Positions 59,257 to 64,000 of a DNA stretch of 64,000 nucleotides are shown here, piece by piece (position 1 is the stretch's first letter; each line of letters opens with the position of its first letter). Both the position numbers and the translations under genes were made by a program. Below the pieces are notes generated by a model. The model was not told the DNA's origin, made no database searches, and worked only from the letters and a program-made list of their open reading frames with translations. Source of the stretch: Blasia pusilla (lineage: Eukaryota); NCBI GenBank assembly GCA_050084515.1, contig CM114271.1:42842001-42906000 (forward strand), read 5' to 3'.

Positions 59257-59671
59257 GGATGCAAAATGAGGTACTAGATTGTACTTTTATTTTCCAAAAC
59301 CTTCACTTTGAGCTTGAACTCTATTCAGCCCAATGCAAATGATAGATTTTTTCCAGACCTTGGATGGAAAAAGTGATTGGTTCCACACTTATGATTCCAC
59401 TGATTTTTCAGTTTTTAAAATTTTGTGCAAATTGCAACTCGTCGGACTCACATGGGTTGCTAAAATGTGGAAGAGAAAAAAATTATGTGGGAGTGCTTAA
59501 GAACTGAGAAGAAAAATGCAAAAAAAATCACACAAAAAGTTTCCTCTCTTCAACCCAACAGAAACTCTCTTCAAATCATAGGAAACTCTCTTAAAAAAAA
59601 AGGTATCTCTTTGGGTTGAAGGTAGTTTCCTCTCTCCTCTCTCCTCTCTTCCTCTCCTCTTACCGCACCTC

Positions 59672-62420
59672 CCTTTCCTTCCTCGCTTGGGAGTGCGGTG
59701 GCGTGTACGTCTCTTCCATTTGGATTTTGGGTCCTCTCCGGAGTCTGTGGACCTCGTCGTGCCATCCGTGGAGGCTTCGGTGTCTATAGGGGACGCTTTG
59801 TCTTGTGAGGAAGAGCTTGTGTGCGAAGAGCCTTGCCGTTGATGACGCCATCTTCACATTTTTTGGGACTTCTTGGAGGCTTCGTACGCCTGTGCTGATG
59901 CGATGACTGCTTCTAGAGAGTCTCGTTGGCCCCGACACCGATACTTATCCATCTCCTTGGAGAGTTCCGACACAAAGTAGACTACCAATTGTGAGGTGGT
60001 TGTGTGGTCGAGTTTGTTAACAAGACTTCGGAACCTTTGGGTGTATTCCCTCAGGGTTTCCTTCTTTTTCCGTTTCAAATCCCGGAGCTTCGTCAGAAGC
60101 GTGTCCTCGAACTTCAAGTCGTAAAATTCATGAAGAAAGGCCTCAAGTACCCTCTTCCAGGTTTCAATGACCTCCGCTCCTAGACCCTCGTACCACTGAC
60201 TTGCCCGCTACTTTAGGAGGTCCGAGAATACCTGTAACAAATCCTCCTCCGAGCCTTCCCCATTAGCCTTAGCTACATGGGTAAACTCAAGCACAAAGTT
60301 ATCGACGTCATCTCTTTGTCCTACCGTGAACGTAGGATATCTTAGCAGCGTCTTTCTAGTGTTACCCATTGGAAAATTTCAGAGGCTAGGTCTCGGACTT
60401 GATGTTCGGGAAGGAGGAGGTAGAGGTTCCCATCTGATCGATCTGGCCAGCCCCTCGTCTCCTTCGTACCCAAAGGGATTCTAGGTTGACTCTTCGTCCG
60501 ACTGCAAAGTGGCAGGAGACGTGCTGGGGATAGCACTCATGTCCCTCTTCTTGATCTTCGGCTTTGTTCAAGGACAAAGTCTGGGAGATACACCCGTCGG
60601 TCTCCAAGACGAATGATCTTTGTGTTGCTTATTGCGTCGGTCAGCTTGCTGATCCCAAGCGGATGGCTGGGAGACTTCCATGAGTCCCTCTTGGGATTCG
60701 GGAGCTTGCTTCCGCATCCACGATTGCAACAAGGTATGGGTCCATGGGGAGAAATTGGATCTTCCTAATTCCTACGGGAGTGTGAAGGTGCTCTCAATCT
60801 ACCTGCCAGGTTTTCCGCCCATAAATAGAAGTATCGGGTCATCACCAAGTACAATTGACGTTCATGGGCAAAGCATCGTTCGGCGACGGGTTCTTTGACA
60901 ATACTAATTAGTTGTTCTATCTTCTCTAGCACTAATGCAGCAAAAAGATTGCTATCTTCTTCTATCCATTGTCTCAGGGGGATAGCTAGAGATAGGAGAT
61001 GATCTTCTGTGAGAACTAGAGGGTTGGATCTCCTAGGCGACGAGGCTTCTTCCCCCGGCCGGGGGTTACCTATCAGTCTCTCTCTTTCCAACAAATCTTA
61101 TGATCCCCGGCAGTGGCGCCAAAAGTTTGTTGCTATATGTAATATACAGGAGGTATAAGAATTGATCTTTTACATTAATTTAATGAGTTCGATCCCCAAG
61201 AGGATCATGATTATGTGGAAAGAGAGGTCAAGATGTCGTTTATCTTGTAATAGTTGTTATTAAGTGTATATAATTCAGATTCAATGACTTATCAATGTGT
61301 TCAGATCTCTCTTAGTACCAAGATTTCTTTCCTTGATTCTCTGTAGTGGAATTGAAATCACGCTCAAGTATATCTTCACTCAACATCAAAGAACGTCATA
61401 GAGACCTCAACAAGAAGATGGCTTCTCCGACTTTCGGAACTCAATCCGTCTAGGCACGCTACTCTCTGTCGAACAAAATTCTTACAACTCCGTATTGATT
61501 ATTCTAATGATGAAAGTGTTCTCTTGATTGACTCTTCACTCTGCAGACCCAATGAGAATACTCAGGCATATGCATCGCACATCAGAATGAAGAAATGAGT
61601 ACTTTACTACTCCATCAAGAATGACAAAGCTTCAAAAAAGTGTACAAAAACGAGAGGGTACTACTCTCTTGCTCGGACCATTCCTATAGCATAAGGACTT
61701 CGTAAAAGAATGATGGGGATAGCTACTTTCATGCCTCTTAAATATTCTCCAAAGTATGAGTGGTTCTAAGGATTCGAAACGTTCTTGAGGAATATGGTGT
61801 CTCTTCAAAATTTGTAACTACCTAGATCTATGGTGCTCTTTTCTTTTCCTATGATCCCTGTGAATCCGCTGAGCGTAACTATACTAACTTCCTATTTGAT
61901 AAAAAATTCGTGCCTCTTCCTACTCTAATTGTTCTAAGAGTGTGCCGCTTGAAATCACTTCGAGTCTTAGCTTCGCTTTGCTGCGAAGTCTGGACCTCTT
62001 GTGCTTCACTTGAAGACGAAGCTCTTTCTCCTAATCTGAAGACGAAGCGCTCCATTCTTCGCTCTTATTCCAGGGGCTTCGTTCTTCGTGCTTCGATAAA
62101 GAGCAAAGTACTTCTTCCTCTTCTTCTTCATCATGTTTCGTTCAAGAGTGAAGCACTTCATAAACAGGTTCTTAATAAGGCTTTGTTGTCTTTTCCAAGC
62201 TTCGCTCTTAGTCTTTAGACTTCATTATTGCATTTCTATCTCCTCTAAGGCAAATCCTTGATTTTTCATCTCTCTGCCTTTTCTTAGGAGCTTCATGATT
62301 TCTTTCAATATTAGTCATTCTTCTACTACACAAACATAATATCCAAAATCATTATGTATACACAAGTTTTCTTCGAATAAAAAGCTCTAAATCTTCAAAA
62401 GTACAAAATTGCGGGCATCA
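59672..62420 (-). mobile_element. Athila-like Ty3/gypsy 5' part: LTR (61128-62420), PBS and truncated gag
   Basis: The minus-strand LTR runs TGATGCCCGC...AGCAACA. The PBS TGGCGCCACTGCCGGGGAT (61103-61121) is of the Athila type. Retrotransposon gag KFEDTLLTKLRDLKRKKKETLREYTQRFRSLV (59854-60117). Truncated at 59672. Confidence 0.8.
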
Positions 62421-62574
62421 CAATAGGGTTAGGGTTGCTTGCACATACCCTATACAATTGAGAAGAGGACCAGCCTCCACTCATTCTCTCATTGCAAATT
62501 TCGTTCTCCATGGTGGTGTGTGCGTGTGTGAGAGCCGTTTTCTACCAATTATGTTTGTTTAGCAATTTTCCACA
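62421..62574 (+). repeat. LTR fragment (same family as 3369-3517) between the Athila-like LTR and a gypsy RT
   Basis: Sequence similarity to 3369-3517. It ends CCACA at the point where the gypsy RT frame is cut. Confidence 0.6.
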
Positions 62575-64000
62575 AGAAGAGCATAGTAGTTCCTAACTAT
62601 CACTTTATTCGGCACTCGATAATCAACACAGAGTGTCAAATTTCCATCTTTCTTCTTCACAAAGAGAACGGGCGCTCCATAAGGTGACTTGCTAGTTTGG
62701 ATGTAACCTCTCTCTAGGAGTTCACCCAACTGTTTCTTCAACTCAACAAGTTCTTCTTGATTCAACCTATATGGCACCTTTGAAGGTGGTTGAGATCCGG
62801 GTATCACCTCTCTCTTATGATCAACCGCCCTATGTGGTGGCAACTCAGTCGGAAGCTCCTTAGTCAAGACATCTCCAAATTCTTTCACAACTCTCTTGAG
62901 TGTTTCAGGGATTCCCCTTGACGCTGAGTTCTGATCTTTGCATCTCGTGCTTGGATCATCCTCTACTTGTCTCATCAAGCAAAGTTATCCTTCCTCTAAC
63001 TTGGTCAAACTTGTCCTCGTGATGGCACTCAACAACTCCATTTTTCTAAGAACCTCACAAACCAATTTGACGTTCGTCCATTTTCCCTTAACCAAGACGC
63101 TTAACCTCAAAGGTCTTTGCCCCAGTTCCACCTCATACGCATCCAAGACTCCATCGCTTCCGTCCATGTCGCAAATTGTGAAATTCTCCTTCAACTCGAA
63201 TACTCCGCATCCCACACCTAGTCTTAAAACCAGCTTGAGGTCTGGTGGGAGTTGCCTCCCGCAAATCCTACCCTAATGGGTTCATCTGCCTTGGTGGTTG
63301 GCAATCCCAACGTCTTCACGATTCTCGGGCTTAAGAATGAGTGTGAAACACATGTATCAACGAGCAACATCACATTGTAATTACCGATCTTGGATCCTAG
63401 GTAAACCAAATTGGGCGTTCTCTTGGTGATTTGGAAAGATGTATCTAGGTCTTCCGCCGATAAGTGCTTAGTAGCAAATGCAATCATCCTCGGTTTACTA
63501 ACCTTGGGCCTCACACATTCCTTAGCCATATGCACATGTTCGCCATAATTGTAGCAAATCACTTTGGCGTTTGCTGACTTCGGGAACGCTGGACCTCTTG
63601 GCTTCGTGTTGAGTTCCACTCATATCGATGCTAGGGCAAGAGACCCTCCGTAGTCGCGCTCACCCCCATTCCAAACCCTCTTGTATGCCCCTTTGTTTTT
63701 TGGTAACTTAGAAAATATTTTCGGCTCAAAGGGTTTTTGGTTTTGGACTTCATCATCCCCTATCCGCTGTGCTAACCTCAGAAGCTCCGCGCACGTCTCT
63801 GGAATGTGAGGCATACGAAAGAGGGCCTTTTCGGCGCTCGATTAGAGTCCACTTAAGAAGATCAACTTCTTTGTAAACTCATCCATGGAAAGTGAGCTCA
63901 TTTATGCTTTGAACTCTTGCACATCAGCGCTAAGGGATCCGCTTTGGCGCAACCTCACAAACTCCATGCCATCGCGATACTCCTGATATTCTGGAGTGAA
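62575..64000 (-). mobile_element. Ty3/gypsy gag-protease-RT remnant running off the window
   Basis: Zinc knuckle ICYNYGEHVHMAKEC and protease LLVDTCVSHSF (63224-63619); RT start [53 protein letters not shown] (62559-62978). Confidence 0.9.

Larger units (their letters stand above)
50688..59671. mobile_element. Mutator-like two-gene element, copy B (about 9 kb): ParB/methyltransferase-like gene (-) and GCM/MULE/SWIM transposase (+)
   Basis: Direct tandem copy of the copy A layout. It retains the 3' part of the minus-strand gene. The boundaries are inferred from the homology breakpoints, and no TIR or TSD was found. Confidence 0.85.

Noticed and set aside
42606-59671. Bacterial contamination or prophage as the source of the ParB/methyltransferase gene
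   Set aside because: The gene has GT-AG introns and a TATA box, is linked to a eukaryotic MULE transposase, and is nested among plant retroelements.
62424-62436. Telomere-like TAGGGTTAGGGTT (also about 3373-3384)
   Set aside because: Only two units, and part of an LTR-like repeat, so not an interstitial telomere array.

Overview
This is nuclear DNA from a land plant, most likely a non-seed plant: its cpSRP54 keeps the SRP-RNA-binding SM and GxG motifs. A gene island (about 14-28 kb) holds two intact convergent genes, an intronless chloroplast SRP54 (+, 14484-16232) and a 14-exon CBL-interacting protein kinase (CIPK, -, 26458-19112). The flanks are nested, decayed transposons: Ty1/copia remnants, two RTE/RTEX-like LINEs bounded at both ends by (GA)n microsatellites, several Ty3/gypsy elements (one Athila-like, one with a PHD finger after integrase) and a CACTA fragment. 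The most unusual region is about 42.6-59.7 kb, which holds two tandem, decayed copies of an approximately 9 kb element. Each copy pairs a GCM-zinc-finger/MULE-DDE/SWIM transposase gene (+) with a divergently oriented, spliced gene (-). That gene has a ParB/Sulfiredoxin-like domain (WDGN[H/Q][K/R]) and, in the second copy, a C-terminal region resembling a beta-class N4-cytosine/N6-adenine DNA methyltransferase. Its introns and intergenic DNA carry dozens of copies of one 25-bp palindrome (CAACCCGTCGGA-N-TCCGACGGGTTG, centred on GANTC). This is a candidate undescribed Mutator-like transposon with its own ParB-methyltransferase and cognate binding-site arrays. Domain calls come from motif recognition by eye, not from database searches.
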